The notes under the pieces: generated by a model
The model's input: only the letters and a program-made list of their open reading frames with translations
Databases searched by the model: none
Told to the model about the DNA's origin: nothing
Assembly: GCA_973895155.1 (NCBI GenBank)
Contig: OZ316898.1
Coordinates: forward strand, 3,968,480 to 4,032,479
DNA from: Marsupella aquatica
Taxonomy: Eukaryota > Plantae > Marchantiophyta
Reading direction: 5' to 3'
DNA: 64,000 bases
Made by a program: the position numbers and the translations under genes
Part shown: one piece after another, positions 1-14,100 of the stretch
Position numbering within the stretch: the first letter of the stretch is position 1
How the letters are laid out: each line of letters opens with the position of its first letter

Positions 1-1307
1 ATCACACTCCAACATCTTGCATATCTCACCTACAAGATTAAAATAGTACTCAGCTGAATGTCGGGGTGAAGTATTCATAATTTGTTGAAGATCCATTCCC
101 AGTGGTGGTAATCTCTCATCTATTGGGGATCCCATGATAGTGTCGGGATTCTCGATGTCTGTCGGAGAAAGGTGATGTATAGTCCTAGGGGCTTCTGATT
201 GTCCTTCAATGAACGGATATTTTGATTGGATAGGACTCTGGGTGGGTGAATAAATGGAAGTGGGACTGTATGGAGTAATACAGTTATAGGCTGGCGAGGG
301 TTGAGTAACAGAAGCAGTCCTTAATCTATCTACAATAGGGAGGATTTCTTCTGGATCACAGGTCAGCATTCTAGACAAACTGTCTACTATATCCTGATTA
401 AAAATAGCCTTCCCATCATCAGTCAATTGCTCTGGATGATTATGTTACTGGCAGGAATAACAGGGAGAGGAGTGTGGTTGGTCGGACTACTATTAGTATG
501 GTAAGGTGTAATCTCAACGTGAGGATTAATATCCTCATCCATAAGTTCCAGAGCAGGTGGTATAATTTCTTGGTGACTAGCTTTGGATGTTTCCTCCATT
601 CTCAGATCATCGAGTCTCGAATCAGTCTCCGAATGTTCCACATCTAATTCCTCCAATAGTGCAATCCTTTCGAGCTTCTCCTGTGGGAGTAGACAGTCTC
701 CATACCAGTAGAGTTGACTGAGGTAAGCTGGGAGGTATGTTGGCTTTTCCATTTTGTACAACATTGATTTGACTGAGGATGGTGTGTCTCAGTAACAATC
801 CCCAATTAACTTCAGCAAGTCCTTTCCATGAAGTAACAAATGTGTTTGCTAAAGATACAGGTACCATATATGGTCGAGTGGGATGAAAAATTGGTACCAG
901 AAACTCAAGGATGATCTAGAAGGTATAATCAATACATTGATTAAGCTTCCATCTAGCTTTTGTATTTCTCATCCAGCGAACATTGGATCAGATAAAGTAC
1001 TTTTTCCAGATTGTAAACCACAGCCTTCTGATGAACAACTAAAAGCGTTGGCCATGAACTCTAAGTCCCACTTCTCGAGATCTGCTCGAACAGTCTCCTG
1101 AAATGCTTCTGGAATTTGTGACCCATCAGCGAACTCGCGCAAGTAGGTAGGACACACAGAAGACCACGGAATGGATAGAAGTTTTCCCAGGTGCATAACT
1201 TCTAGAGCATCGGTCAATAACATCAAATCCCTCTCGAGTGCGGGGTACTTCATCGGTATAGCTCTAGGAACAGGGAAGTTGCAACTCATCTCATCCACAC
1301 CCGCCAT
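1..1307 (-). pseudogene. Fragmented ORF of unknown function, probably TE-derived (runs off the window start)
   Basis: Consecutive minus-strand ORF pieces 969-1307, 622-867 and 423-764 with a CpG-rich upstream region (1370-1630); no recognisable domain. Confidence 0.3.
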
Positions 1308-2957
1308 GGCAAGTTGCAGCTATGGTTCTTGAAGTTGAGTCACTTACAAAAATCTAAGTCACAAAACGATGGGGCGTATTGGCGTGATCGCGCATGAGCG
1401 TATAAATGCCACAGCGCTCAAGCGTCTCTGAGTATGGGCGTGAACGTCGAGGCCTTTGGTAGCAAACAAGGAAGTGAAAATGTTTGTCGCGAGTAGGTGG
1501 TCTAGTGAGTCACTCTGTTACTTCCTCCTCATCGTCAACGGCTACTTTTGGTTTCCGGTAGGGTGGGCTGCATATACGCGTCTGAGCACATTAGCGCCTA
1601 AGCGCCTACGCGTTGGAGCGTCTTAGCGGATTAGCTGCTATTGTGACTCCAATTTGACATGACTGTAAAAGTAACTAGTTTTAGGAGACTACAGGGATGT
1701 ACTTGAGGATGGCTTAACTACTCTAATGCTCCTAATTAATATAGATAACCTGAGGCGAATCACTACTTATCTCAAAAAGTTGAAAATTTTAAAGTTTTCA
1801 CAGAAATTCTGAATAACTGCTATATTTCCCCTCTTGCAGCACGGCCTTGGCTGCCATCATACAATTACGTATCTCTCTCAGCCTTTCCAAGCCAACTTCT
1901 TCCATGAATGGACCGGGGAATGGACATGGTAATGGACTTGACACCAACCCAAGCCCGACGCTGCTATGTTGAGATGCCATGTCATCGCGCGCAAATGTTC
2001 AGCTTCCACCAAGTCCCGCTCTTAGCTTTAGCACTTGCTTATCACTGTTGCGGCCGGGGTTGCGGCAGATCACCAAAACTTGTGAGTTGGATCTAACAAA
2101 AGTGAAGTTGGATGCAGCGCCGCCACATTTTATGCTCTGTGGGGCTTTCCAAATTTGGATGAAGCTAGTGCATCTCAAAAAACAGCCGGAGGTAGCGTTT
2201 GCTCCATGGGTCGATCCGACCGCGCAATTGCTTTGGCCGTTTCAATAATAATATGGTTTGTCACTGAATGCTTGTATGTATGGTGTACAACGTTTCCTTG
2301 ATTGCTCCATCAAGGCGCAGCCTGAACAACAATAGAATGGATGGATGCCCCAAAACACTAAACCTTGAACACCCAAAATAATTTACAAATTGTAGGATCG
2401 AACGAGAAGGCCCTTTTTTAATCCCTACCTTTAAAAACACTTCCTAAACCCACCCATGCCCAGCAGACTTCAACTATGAATTGTGAACAATGTCCAACAA
2501 AGAACACGACTCAAACAAATTATGCCTTCTACATTTTTAGCCAGAAAGCGGGCCAGCTTGGGATTTGATACTAGTAACATTTATCGAGCTTTTATTTCCA
2601 ACCCTACATTTTCCTATCAATTGGATTCTATGAAAAGGCCCAAAAATGTGTCTCCTAACCTGCCAAATAATTGGGAAAGTTGTTTGATGTGGGGGAGGAT
2701 TAGGGTGTTGGGCTGTTTAGAATGACATGTACTATTTACTCTCACTCACACGCAATCATTATTTGTGGTGACATCTTTCAAAATCTTTCCTTATAATTAT
2801 TGTGTATGAGACTATGTAATTACGGTAATCAGGATTGAGTGTAACTTGGAAAAAATAATTCATAGGGAGAATAGAAAAGAAAAATAAAAATTAATCATGT
2901 ACCTATAAGTAATCCATTTTGATATCACAACCTAATTTGTAGTATATTATGTCTTTA

Positions 2958-3191
2958 CAAGCCCTATGCCAGTGCTTTGCACTGTGCAAGGAGGGTAGGC
3001 CCATAGGGATTGGCCGGGGGCATTACGGGGTAGCGGGAAGCAAATACATGATAGGGGTGTACATTTCTCTCATCAATGGTGAGCAAAAATAGCTAATCAA
3101 ATCCAACGGCTATGGATCTTTCCCGCCCAGAAGCTTTTTTGTATGGTGACCAACGACGAAAAAAGGTGGGATCCCTTATTATAGTTGTAGA
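2958..3191 (-). mobile_element. Short non-autonomous Helitron-like element
   Basis: On the minus strand it starts A|TCTACAACTATAATAA and ends with the hairpin CAGTGC-aaa-GCACTG (2970-2984) about 12 nt before CTTG|T (canonical end is CTRR|T); inserted between A and T. Confidence 0.55.
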
Positions 3192-4816
3192 TTTTACGTG
3201 AATGGGGCAACAATCATGTGCCCAAATGTAATGTGGGGTCTACTGTCTTAGATTTTATTTAGACCCTAAAGCCCACCTACCTACCCATGATAGCCACATG
3301 TGACCAACTCACACTCAATTCTCAATGACCTTTTTTTGGATGTTAGTGTATGAGTCTACTGTAGGTGTGGGTGGAAGCCCATCCGTGCCTCAAGCCAGAA
3401 CATACTCCTTTATTCTTCCTTACGCAGATCTGATGGGCATGGAAATTCAAGCTTTAAATCCAAGGGTCATAATGAGTTCCCTCTAAAAGTGGATTTTGTA
3501 AGCAGACAATGAGTACAAAAAGGTGGGATTGTATATTATAGTACATACATGCAAATATAATACAATACAAAAACAATTATAAGAAAATTTTGAAGATGCT
3601 ACAGGGTGACCCTAACCTTCTTTATTAGATGTTTAGCCTCGATAGAAAGAGTTTGCTCATTCCCATGTGTAAGAGGTTTTTGCCCACCCCGTGCATTGTG
3701 TAACATCTGTTAGTTTTGCACTTGAAATTCACATGGACTGGATTTTTTAAACTCCTACAATTCTTGTACTACTACTACTGCATGGAAAGCCCCTCGGATA
3801 TTCAAGAGACCTACACACCACTAATCAAAACGGGGCACCAAGTCATGGAGTAATTTTCTAAAGGCATAACTATGCATAGTTCTCGTGATCCTAACTTTTG
3901 GTTTTGGTATCCTTGCTACAGGCTTCCGTACCCGACGTCCTATCATGATGGTATCCGGACCAAGTATAGGGCTGTGAGTTTGGTCTGGGCTTAGCCTGGA
4001 CGTCCACTCAGAGTGCTTTACTTTGTCCGAACCTCCCCCGAGCACACCTTCTCTTATTCTGACCATGAGGTCACAAGACGGTGCTCATTAGCAGAGGTGA
4101 ACCCTTTCGACTGCGTCCAAACCACCCAGGGGATAGGAAAAAGGGGATACTACCTCTTTTCCCTTAGCCACCCCCGAACAGTGCGTATGCCGCCTAAGCA
4201 ATGTATAAAAGGCCTTCGTCCTATGGGTTATTCCACAGGGCGGAGACAAGAGGTGGAGCATAGGGGTTCATTTCCAGCTAGACTCCTAAACTCACCTCAC
4301 CATTGGGGCTCTTCATCCTTACTCTTATCGTAGGCGAGACACATAGTCATCAAGAACAATTGAGCTCGTCCATTCTTGACATTGGTCCAGATAGACTACA
4401 ATACGAGGGAAACATCTACTTGTTGTCACTATTGTTAGCATCCAAACCCTACTTCCTCAACGACATTCTCTACTGCGAATTCAATAAAGACTAACTTATC
4501 AGATCAGGAAAGAACATTACACACGGTCAACACGATCCTGCTTGCAAGAATGTGTACCATATAATTGAGCAATGCTCTCCCCCCTTCTACACACAGACCA
4601 GGGGTTTAAATACTTTACAATCCGTCCTAAGAATAGGCCAATGGCCACCATCATTCTACTGAGCAATGTGCTCTTCCTAACCTAATCCTATCCGCCGCTC
4701 TTTCACTCCTCTAGCACAACAGGCGGCAGCCCTATTTCTCTTTCATGGGTGGCCTCCCATGCGACTGCCTCCACATCCCTTGCTGCCACTGCCCCAATCC
4801 GGCGGCAAGCCCAGCG

Positions 4817-7800
4817 CTATTGTCGGAACTCATTCCGCTGTCTCAAGCATCGTTCCTCCCTTTCTCCCGGCGTCTCACCCGCAACTACCCACCAATTGTG
4901 GTATTCTTCGTAAGTGTTAGGACCCCATTCGTCCTCAAGCTCAATTTTGTCGTCCATGGTGTCAGGATTGGGTTGGTATACCATGAGGTACGCCCGAGTT
5001 GGCGCTGATGGTCCTTCGCATCTAATTATGGGATGTTCCCTCTTCAAGAACTCGACGCTTATTAACAAATTGTACATTCACGCGGCGGTTGGCCCCGCCT
5101 GGCTAAACAACTTCCATATAATCATCCCTTTACACTTCATCTCGCCATTAAGATCCACGTCGACTTTGCCTGCTTGTCCGGATCGATCCACTACCTCAAT
5201 TAAAGAACGCGCAAAATAGTACCACCGGAATAAGCGAGGGTCCGCAAGTGAACGTCCGAAAGGATATTGATTCATAAGAGTATTTATCCATCGCCTGAGT
5301 TGAGCCAAAAGATTTAATGGGGGGTCAACCTCGTGTTGGGGCAGTCTCATCCTAACTTGGGGATCATGCTGCCATATTGAATGATATACAGCTATAGGGT
5401 TGGTCTCGATGTGTAGACCAAACCCGTCGTCATCTACAAGCTCCTAGAAGAATTGGTGTGGTGTCCAGAAGATTGTAGGTCCAAAGTAATTTCCTAGTCT
5501 ATAATTATGTACACTTGCCTCTAACCATCTAATTACATTCTCCGTAGGGATCACCCTTTCCCAAAAGGATGTCTTCTCCCAAACACCCAGACTCAAAACA
5601 ACTGGATCGAAGGGAAGCTCGTCGGTTCGGATAGTGTCCTCCACACAAGCCACTGCAGCCGGATCCCTACCTAGTGAATATTAGTGAGTCATGGCAATAT
5701 GACTGAATTGGGGTAGAACGGGGAGGTCTACAAAGCTCATCCACTCATTGGTTACTATAAGATGGGAGGTGTAGTAAGGATTGAAAATCACACTCGTCCC
5801 ATTTCTCTCTGCGTTGTGCCATCTGGCTGTTTGGAGAAAGGTAACCAGGCGGGGCAGGGTATACTTTCCACTGTTGGTGTGGATTTCTCTCGCCGCCCAA
5901 GACTTCATCACTACTTCTACTAAATCAAAGGCTTTCCTATGTATTGCTAAACTATAGAACCAATGGAGTTTCCGTGCCGGACAGTCAGAATGCGTAGTGT
6001 TTGCATCTGTTATGAGGGCCACATAATGAGGATGGCCAGGGTGCTCTCGCTCCATTTTGGACAGCAAGATTTGCGTTACTCTACTGTTGGCCCTTCCTCC
6101 CAATCAAAAATATTAGTCTGTGGGTTGGGTGAACCCAATGGCTCCCGACCATTCAAGGAATGGAAGCATGAATCTGATCTGGATCGAGATATCGTACCAT
6201 ATCCGGTCGCAGCCGTCCGGACAAATGGCTGTCTTGTTAATCCCCGCTGTGGCCAAAATAACATGGAGAGTTTCCAACCCCATAGCTTCATCAACTTCAA
6301 TAGCATTTCAAGATGCTATCTTCTGCCCCGTGAATAGTTTTCACGAGTTTACACTCACCTTCTTGAGTTGTTCCAGCCTCCTCTTGTGCACCGGATCTGC
6401 TAGTGCATCCTTCAATAACTTAGCTGCCGTGGCAGCCTCATTTTGCAGGCCCTACACTTCCAGGTCCCAGGCCTCGTAAGTGTCCATCGGAATAAGGACC
6501 ACCTTACTGCATTGTTGGACGAGCTTCTTACTTGCTACTTCCTATAGCCATCTCTTCCTCTCCTTCTCTCTTCTTTCTCCTTCTTCTTCTAACGCAGCAA
6601 TGTATGCCTTCTTCTAACGCAGCAATGTATGCCTTCTTCTAACGCAGCAACATATGTCTGCTTCTCCTCTAATTGTCCTTGTAGCTCATGATTGGTTCTC
6701 CTTACTTCTTGGAGTTTCTCCTCACACTCCAAAGCCCCTAGTCTGGCTGACACCTCTTTCTCTACGAGCTCTTCTATCATTTTTCCATGCGCAGCCAACC
6801 GGAGTGCCAATTGTTCTCCTTCCCCTACTCTCTGCTCCAACTCTTCAATTACCCTTTGCAGCTCATCGGCCTTCTGCTGGGATACAGAACCGCACTTTGT
6901 GTGCTGGGTGGTTAGCACCTTTAATTCCTCTTTGGCGGTAGACAAGAGGTGGCTCCATTCTTCCTCCTTGTCAGCCAGCAGCTCCTGCAGCTTCTTCCTT
7001 TCCTTCTGGGAATTTCCTAACTTGACCTTTAGGGCCTGTGTATCAACCTTCTCTGTTCGGACTGCCTCCCGGGCCTGCTGTAGGGTTGTGGTTGCTTCCT
7101 CATTTTTCTCCCTCGCCTTGCCTAGCAATCCCTCTGAGTCCTCCAGCTGTTTCAATATGAGCTTGTTAGATTTGGATTGCTTTCGTACCTTTACGAGGAG
7201 TCGCTCAACCTTCTCTTCTGCTACCCTCAGCTTCTCCATGTCCCGAGTCTTGCCCTCAGATTCCATGACTGCTATCCTCGCCATTGCCTTGGTCTCCTTC
7301 AAATCCCTAAACCAGTAATATAGATCCCTCGTGTTGGGGATTGGCTTCCCGATGAACGTCAGACGTTGGGCGAAAGTCCTCAACTCTGCCAGATTGGTGG
7401 TATCTAGAAGTTCAGACAACATGGGTTGTTGGAAGTTGGCATTCCTCCCTTCTTCTTCTTCTTCTTCTTCTTCTTCATCTTCATCTTCATCTTCCTCCGG
7501 GAGGGTTACTGCCCTCCGTTTCCTTTTGAGGCTCTTGCAACATTGCTCGGCCTGCTCACTCAGGTTTCGTAGGGCCTCTGCCCCTCCTTCGCTCTCTGCA
7601 TCTGAATTTTGAGGTGCTTCCCCCACCTCTTCCTCTTTGTCATCCTCAAAATCTTCTTCATTGTATTTTGGCAAATTCACATTAACCTTAGCTGTGGATC
7701 CCAACTTCGCCCTTACTGGTACTATCCCTTGGGCTTCTTCTTGATTTTCTGACTCCGACTCTCCTAAGTCCGATTGTCCGGCGGAGCTCTATTGACTGTA

Positions 7801-8478
7801 TCCTGGATCTCAAAAACATTGTGTACTACAACTCCTAATTGATACACTAATAGCGATGGGAACTTCAAACAACCTTTCACGTCGATCACAGTGGATACAC
7901 TTGCCTTCCATAATTGAAGCGGATGGAGGGATCCACGAATAGGGCCCTCACGACGGCAATCCTTGGTAGTGTGGCATGATGATACCCGCTCTTAACTATC
8001 ATCCACTTGGTGCAAAACTCGATGAAGTTGCGATACTCCTTCTGCTGGATGGCGCCATACTGTACATTTCCCCAACTTATCTGGACCTCCGCCTGTTGCA
8101 AGAAGTTTGCTACGCTTGCTTCCTCAAGGGGGTCTACTTGGTACGTGAGAGGTAGTCCTCCCACCCTGGGAAGATCTAACATTGCGCACAGCTTTGGGTT
8201 AGAGAAAGTATACGTCTTTCCCCGATACGTAATAAACATCCCTCAGGTGACAGTGTTACCATAGTGATTCGTGAGCAGATTTCTCCTGCTTGAGATGTTG
8301 ATAGATAGCGGTCCATTCGGACCAAGCCGTAAATCCAGGCTCTGTCAAGTATCGGTCGGCTCTCCTTGATATGTTGGACCTCCGTAATGGAGTTGGGGAT
8401 CTTCTCCTCGGCCGACAAGGCTCCCTTCTTGTTCTTGGTCGGGGGAACCTCTGCTCTCCGTGCTCCTCCCGCTTCCAT
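4817..8478 (-). pseudogene. Decayed TE accessory ORF(s): PMD/Transposase_32-like N-terminal domain, acidic tract, long coiled coil, unknown C-terminal part
   Basis: ORF pieces 8176-8478, 7886-8239 (YRGKTYTFSNPKLCAMLDLP...IRFNYG), 6589-7704 (poly-E plus heptads), then 6306-4817 fragments, all on the minus strand. Confidence 0.55.
6583..6650. repeat. 25-bp tandem duplication (CTTCTTCTAACGCAGCAATGTATGC x2.7)
   Basis: Directly visible; it frameshifts the coiled-coil ORF. Confidence 0.9.
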
Positions 8479-9839
8479 TTTTGCTTGATGTAAGTGAGGA
8501 GTGAGTGGATGGTGGTGTTGGTGATCGCCAAGTATTCTTGTGGGGGGGGGGGGTGGTTTGTCGAGCGTTATGATGCGTTGTGAGACAAAAACTAGCCCGC
8601 CCCCTGCCTTAAGCTCAAATGTCGTGCCTCTTTGGTTTGCGGATGTCCGGACGAATGGGACGGTCATTGTCTTGTAATCGTGAAGTGCCTCGGTCGAGCG
8701 GCCTCGGTCGATGATCCTAATCACGGCGTTATTCTAGTGGTGCTCATGATTGCATCTTTACTTATAACTTGGTAAAGGCACGATACCTATCGTGGTTGTG
8801 TACGCAGCTTCCTCTTCCTTTGTTTGGCGGCGGTATCTTAAGTACATATTATGGCTATCCTAACCGTATTAAGGTAATAATGGTGCTTTACTCAAAAAAA
8901 CAAAAAAGATGGGGTCCATACACGGTGAATAAGGTTCTGGTAAATTTGGAACATATTGTAAAGAGAAGTAGCGGATTACATGCCATCTCACAACAAGTTA
9001 TACTCCTCTGCAAAATGGTGTTTCTGAGAGGCTCAACTAAGCACTATAATCGGAACGTCACTCGAGGAGTATGTTGAGCCAATCATGCTTACCACATGAA
9101 TTTTGGACAGAAGCTGTCAACACTACAGCTTAGTTGGTAAATTTCTCTTCATCCAATGCAATTGGATTCAAGATGCCATTTGAAATGAGGTACAGGCATC
9201 AAGCGGATTTGTAGTTTGCTATGAAGAACCAAAAACACATTTATAGGTCTTCAAACTCGGTATTCGTTCCCGTAAAGAACAAGATGGGGTTGATTTGATA
9301 CATAAAAATACAAATGAGAGTTTAAGAACTCTCTTTAACACATAGTAATCAGAATTGATTACTTTAATAAGGTATTTTGAAGATCGCTCCACAACGATGA
9401 GTGGTTTTTAATGACAACTCAGCATCATGTAACCATAAATTAATGAAAAGGGAATGATTAACAAAACACAAGGAAAAATATCTCAAAGTATGCTAAGGGA
9501 GTCTGGAATAGACCAAGGTTACTCCTTAGACAAAGTCAAAATGAAAAGACTTAAGGATACAAATCCATATTGCTTTTCAGATCTAAATTGCTTACTAGAG
9601 TACCTTTTAAAATGCCGTCAACATGTCTTATCCTTTCTTTCTAAGTGGTACTCAGATAAGATCTAAAAGGTAGCTACTTCAACATTTAGATGGTACTAAG
9701 CAACATGAAAGAAAATCCATCAATTTCAAATAAGACTTAAACTCAGTGAGTTAACTCCAAGAACTCAGGAGATTGTAATGAGTCACCAAAGAGGAATCTG
9801 TCATCAGATCTCATAAGATTTACACACACTACTACATAT

Positions 9840-10380
9840 TTGCCAATTTTGCGAAGGCGTTTTACAAGAGGAAGAAAGCTTTGCAAGATTAATCTCATCG
9901 CTAACCTTGCGATACGATACGCATCGCACTTAGCGAATCTACACACATCGCAACACATAATTGCGAAACTTAGACCATCGCAACATTTTATGACACTTCA
10001 GGTATCGCAAAACATTTCCGAAGCAATTACCATTGAACAAGTTAGCGATCTTTACCGCTTCGCAAACTCATTGAGATGCGCCGGAAAACTAAATGGTTGC
10101 GAATATTAAAGCATCTCAAAATATTTTGCGAGTCTTATTGTCTCGCAAATGAGCGATGTTTGTGGAATATATGGCTAACTTGCGATAGTAATAGGCTCGC
10201 AAATCCTGTGCCTGTCTAGGGTCTCATTTTGTGAATGTTTTGGTTTCGCAACTTTGAGATGGTGGTATCTTCGGAAGTTTGCGATGAGGGGATGATGGCA
10301 ATTAGGGAGCAGTTAAGTATCGCAAATGTAGCGATGAGTTTGCGGGTGTAGGGGTTTCGCAAGATGTTTCGCAAAATATT
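9840..10380. repeat. CACTA left subterminal repeats (TTGCGA/TCGCAA motif)
   Basis: Dense GCGA/TCGC motifs in both orientations. Confidence 0.85.
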
Positions 10381-10399
10381 ATGAGCGCTTCAAAGAGGT

Positions 10400-10960
10400 G
10401 GAAAAGGAATGGGATTGGGGAGGGAGGGTAAAGGAGGGTGGATACATGTAATTTTTAGGGAGGGACAATGAAAAGGAGGAGGAAGGGAATGGGGCTAGGA
10501 GGGACAAGGAACGGAGGGATCCAAGAGGGAGGATACAGGTTTAGGGGGCACAAGGAAATGAGGGAGGAGGAAGGGTATGTAGATATAGTTTTAGGGAGGG
10601 TTTGGATTTAGGGAGTGAAAATAAAAAGGAGGGAGTTTAGGGTTTAGAGAGGGACAAGGAAAGGAGGGAGGGTATTGGTTTAGAGAGGGACAAGGAAATG
10701 AGGGAGGTTTAAGGGTATAGGTTTAGGAGGGAGGAGAGAAGCTAGGTTGTATAGGTAAGAGTGGGGGACAGGGGTGGAAAGTAAGGAAAGTATAGGGTTG
10801 AAATAGAAAGCCAGGGGTTGGGACAAGGAGAGGAAGGAGGAAGGAGGGTTTAATAAGAGGGACAGACAATGAAAGAAAGGAGGAGGGAGGTGGGTACAAG
10901 TAATAAGGAGAACAGCTAGGGGGGGATTAGGAAAGCATGGAGGATAGAGGACTACAAGCA
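10400..10960 (+). repeat. Purine-rich degenerate repeat (GGGACAAGGAAA units, TTTAGGG telomere-like motifs)
   Basis: Strong G/A strand bias with recurring GGGACAAGG and TTTAGGG. Confidence 0.75.
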
Positions 10961-11181
10961 ACATGAGTTTTCTTTGCATAAAGTCTACCAAAAGGTGTGG
11001 TGAGTGTGGGGTAGGGATGGGAGATATAGAAAACAACATTTGAAAATGATATACTTACAAAACATAAGTTTATTGATAATTGAGAAGCGCATATTTCTCC
11101 ATTCTACCGAGAAGAGAAATCTTCATATCATCAAATCTAACTATATATCCGTGTAGCTATATATCCACAAACACAGACCCC

Positions 11182-14100
11182 TCAAACTTGGTCCTCATCA
11201 TCTTCAGGTTGGGACACAACCAGAATATCAGGCTTTTCCCCAACGATTGAACGAGACCGTGGCACATATGTGATGACAAGTGACCATTCCTCTGGGTTTG
11301 GGGGGTATGGATTATAGAAACATTGTTCCACATGACTTGGAAAAGTGAACGGCTCTGATGTTTGCCAATGAGATGGCTGGAAACTAGTGGCAGACGTCTT
11401 CAGTCGTGTAAATCCACACTCATCTTGAACCACAGTAGGATTGTTACCTGCAAGGTTCACTTTGAACCACTTGCACTTGAAGACATACTCTTCAAACTTT
11501 GATTGTGCATCATAAGATATCACTAGAATCTCTTCTACCTTTCCATAATGTGGCACAACATCTCGAATAATATTTGTGTCATGGCGACTGCTGCGGGAAT
11601 CTTGAGAGAATTGTCCTTGAACTCCACAATCAAAGGTACGACCCCTCTTCTCATCAAGGGAAGAAATCCTAAAATCCATCAAACCATAAGGATATATTAC
11701 ACAAAAATAGACACAAACATATTCCAATTAATTGAACACACCAAGAATCTGCCTCTTCAATATACGTGCTTGTATTACAAATGAATTAAATTAAACCAAG
11801 TGATTCAAATCAAAGGTTACTAAGGTAGATGGAGATCACCTGAAATGTCTTCCTTGTGTCCACATTGCTGTCCTTGTTGTAACCACTCTCAAGGGACCAT
11901 GAACAATGGTACGAACATCATCTGTGATAGTTGGAAAATGTAATACACTCTCTCCCCTGACCACCATGTCATCCACCTCAACTAACTTCTCCTTCATATA
12001 GTCAAGGTACTTTGGAAAAATCCTTGGTTTTGTGCTGTTAGTTTTGGCATCCTCATAGAAATCCCTCCATTCTTCCATGATAGTGCTGTTACTCAACATG
12101 AATGTGGTCAGTTGTTTCACCTCCACTGGTGTCAACATGCGAGTTTTCCTAGCACCTATTAAACGATCCTCTTCATCTTCCCTCTCCTCTACCCAAGTAC
12201 GGGGAGAGGTACAATCAATTGTGGCCAATATGTTACTACAATAGAACATACTCTCAGCTGCTAAGTATCCTGTAGCCATGCTTCCCTCAACCCGTGCACG
12301 GTTACGTACATAACCTTTTAACACTGCCATGTATCGTTCTAGCCAATACATCCACCGACAATGCACAGGACCTGCAATGGCCACCTCATGAACAAGATGA
12401 ACAAGTAAATGCACTTGACAGTCAAAAAAGGAAGGAGGAAGGGCCTTCTCCAACTTGCATACCACCTCTGCTGCCAAAACCTCCATCCCAGGGATCTCAT
12501 CAGTATATATCTCCTTAGAGCATACCCATCTCAATAGTTTTCCCAATGACCAAAGGGCATCTTGCACTTCTTCACTTGCCAAACCTATTATGGCCACAGG
12601 CAATATGTGCTGCAATAACCTATGGTAGTCATGTGTCTTGAGATACCTTGGCCACTTATGATTGTCCTCCATCCCAAAGGCCTTTCGGAGATTGGCACCA
12701 TAACCAGTAGGAAACCGCATGTCTCCTATGCGATTCTGAAACTCCCTTCTCTGGCCAATAGGAAGCACCCATGGAGCTGAAGGTCGATGCTCGATCCCTG
12801 TGATAGGATCACTTATGACCCACACGTCTGGATGCATCTCAAGATCCTCACAAGCCTCCCTGAAGTTAGTGTCTTTCTCTCCATAGAAAGCCTTTATCAA
12901 AGCCTTTCCCACATTTCCCTCAATGTGCATGGGGTCTAATAGATGGCGGATCTTCAACTCACCCCAATAGGGCAAATTGGTTAATATACTCCACCTTGTC
13001 AAGCCACTACCGTCAAATTGCATGGGATCCTCTGGGTCTGCCACTCTTGCAGCCATGTCTTTCCAGTGTGTAAAAGTTGTTGGCTCAGGTACATCACGCT
13101 CGTCACCAAAGGGCATATCAATAGAGGAAAATAGTAGTGGGTCACGCCTCATCTGATGTCCCATTGGAAGAAACTTTGTATGCCCAAGATAAACAATCTT
13201 GCAAAGATGTGATGAATACTTGGCTACATCACCAAGGCTTGGGCCACAAGTGGAGCAAGCCTTGTAGCCTTGGGTTTGCAACCCACTCACAAAGCCAAAT
13301 CCTGGTCATATAAACACACATTATGTTAGGATTAGCACATGGAAATGAGGGGATACCATGCATTAGAATATGATGCATTTAAACAACAAAGTTCTTACCT
13401 GGGTAGTCATGCATGGTCCACATACAAACCCCTTTGAGTTTGAAAACCCGTGGGGTACCCCCTGTAGTCTTTCGACCATCATATGCCCATACTCCTTCCC
13501 ATAATTTCTGGAGTTCCTGAACCAGTAATGTCAAATAGGTGTCCATGTTCTTCACCTTCTTTGGCCCTGGGATAATCAAAGATAGCAACAAAAAACCCTT
13601 TTTCATGGACAATCATGGTGGAAGGTTGTAATTCATGAGAACCACAGGCCAGACCGATGTAGGTCTCCCCTTCCCTCCAAGTGAATGAGGGCTAACTCCA
13701 TCTGATGCCAATCCCAGTCGCACATGCCGAGGGTCACACTCAAAATCTGGCCATGTTGATTCCACATGTTTATGAGCAGGAGAGTCAACTGGTAATCGCA
13801 TGACACCGGGCTCCGAACGATGTTTCTTGTGCCATACCATCAACTCGGCCAAGTCAGAACATCTATACATGTGCAACAAGCGAGGAATTATGGGGAACCA
13901 ACAAACTTCTTTCCTTGGTACCTTCTGGGTTAGCATGTTTGGCTCATACCATGGCTCATGACACACTGTGCATTCTGTGATACGGGCTGTATCCCCATGA
14001 AATAACATGCAATCATTCACATAGGCATGAATAATATGGTAATCCATACCAATGGATGAGAGAACCTTCTTTGCATCCTTCCAGGTCCCTGGCAACACAT

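Larger units (their letters stand above)
3779..8922 (-). mobile_element. Probable giant ORF-bearing solo-LTR-like element (third family), no TSD
   Basis: Ends TGCATGGA...TCCATACA (7/8 inverted match); decayed minus-strand ORF runs from 8478 to ~4817, followed by TATA-like GTATTTAAACCCC (4613-4601). Same layout as the units at 25677 and 32280. Flanks ACTAC/CGGTG do not match, so the boundaries are tentative. Confidence 0.5.

Noticed and set aside
8923-9826. Possible decayed hAT-like transposase flanking the CACTA
   Set aside because: Only vague similarity and many stops; cannot be supported without a search.
10680-11039. Pro/Leu-rich 119-aa ORF
   Set aside because: Artefact of the purine-rich repeat.
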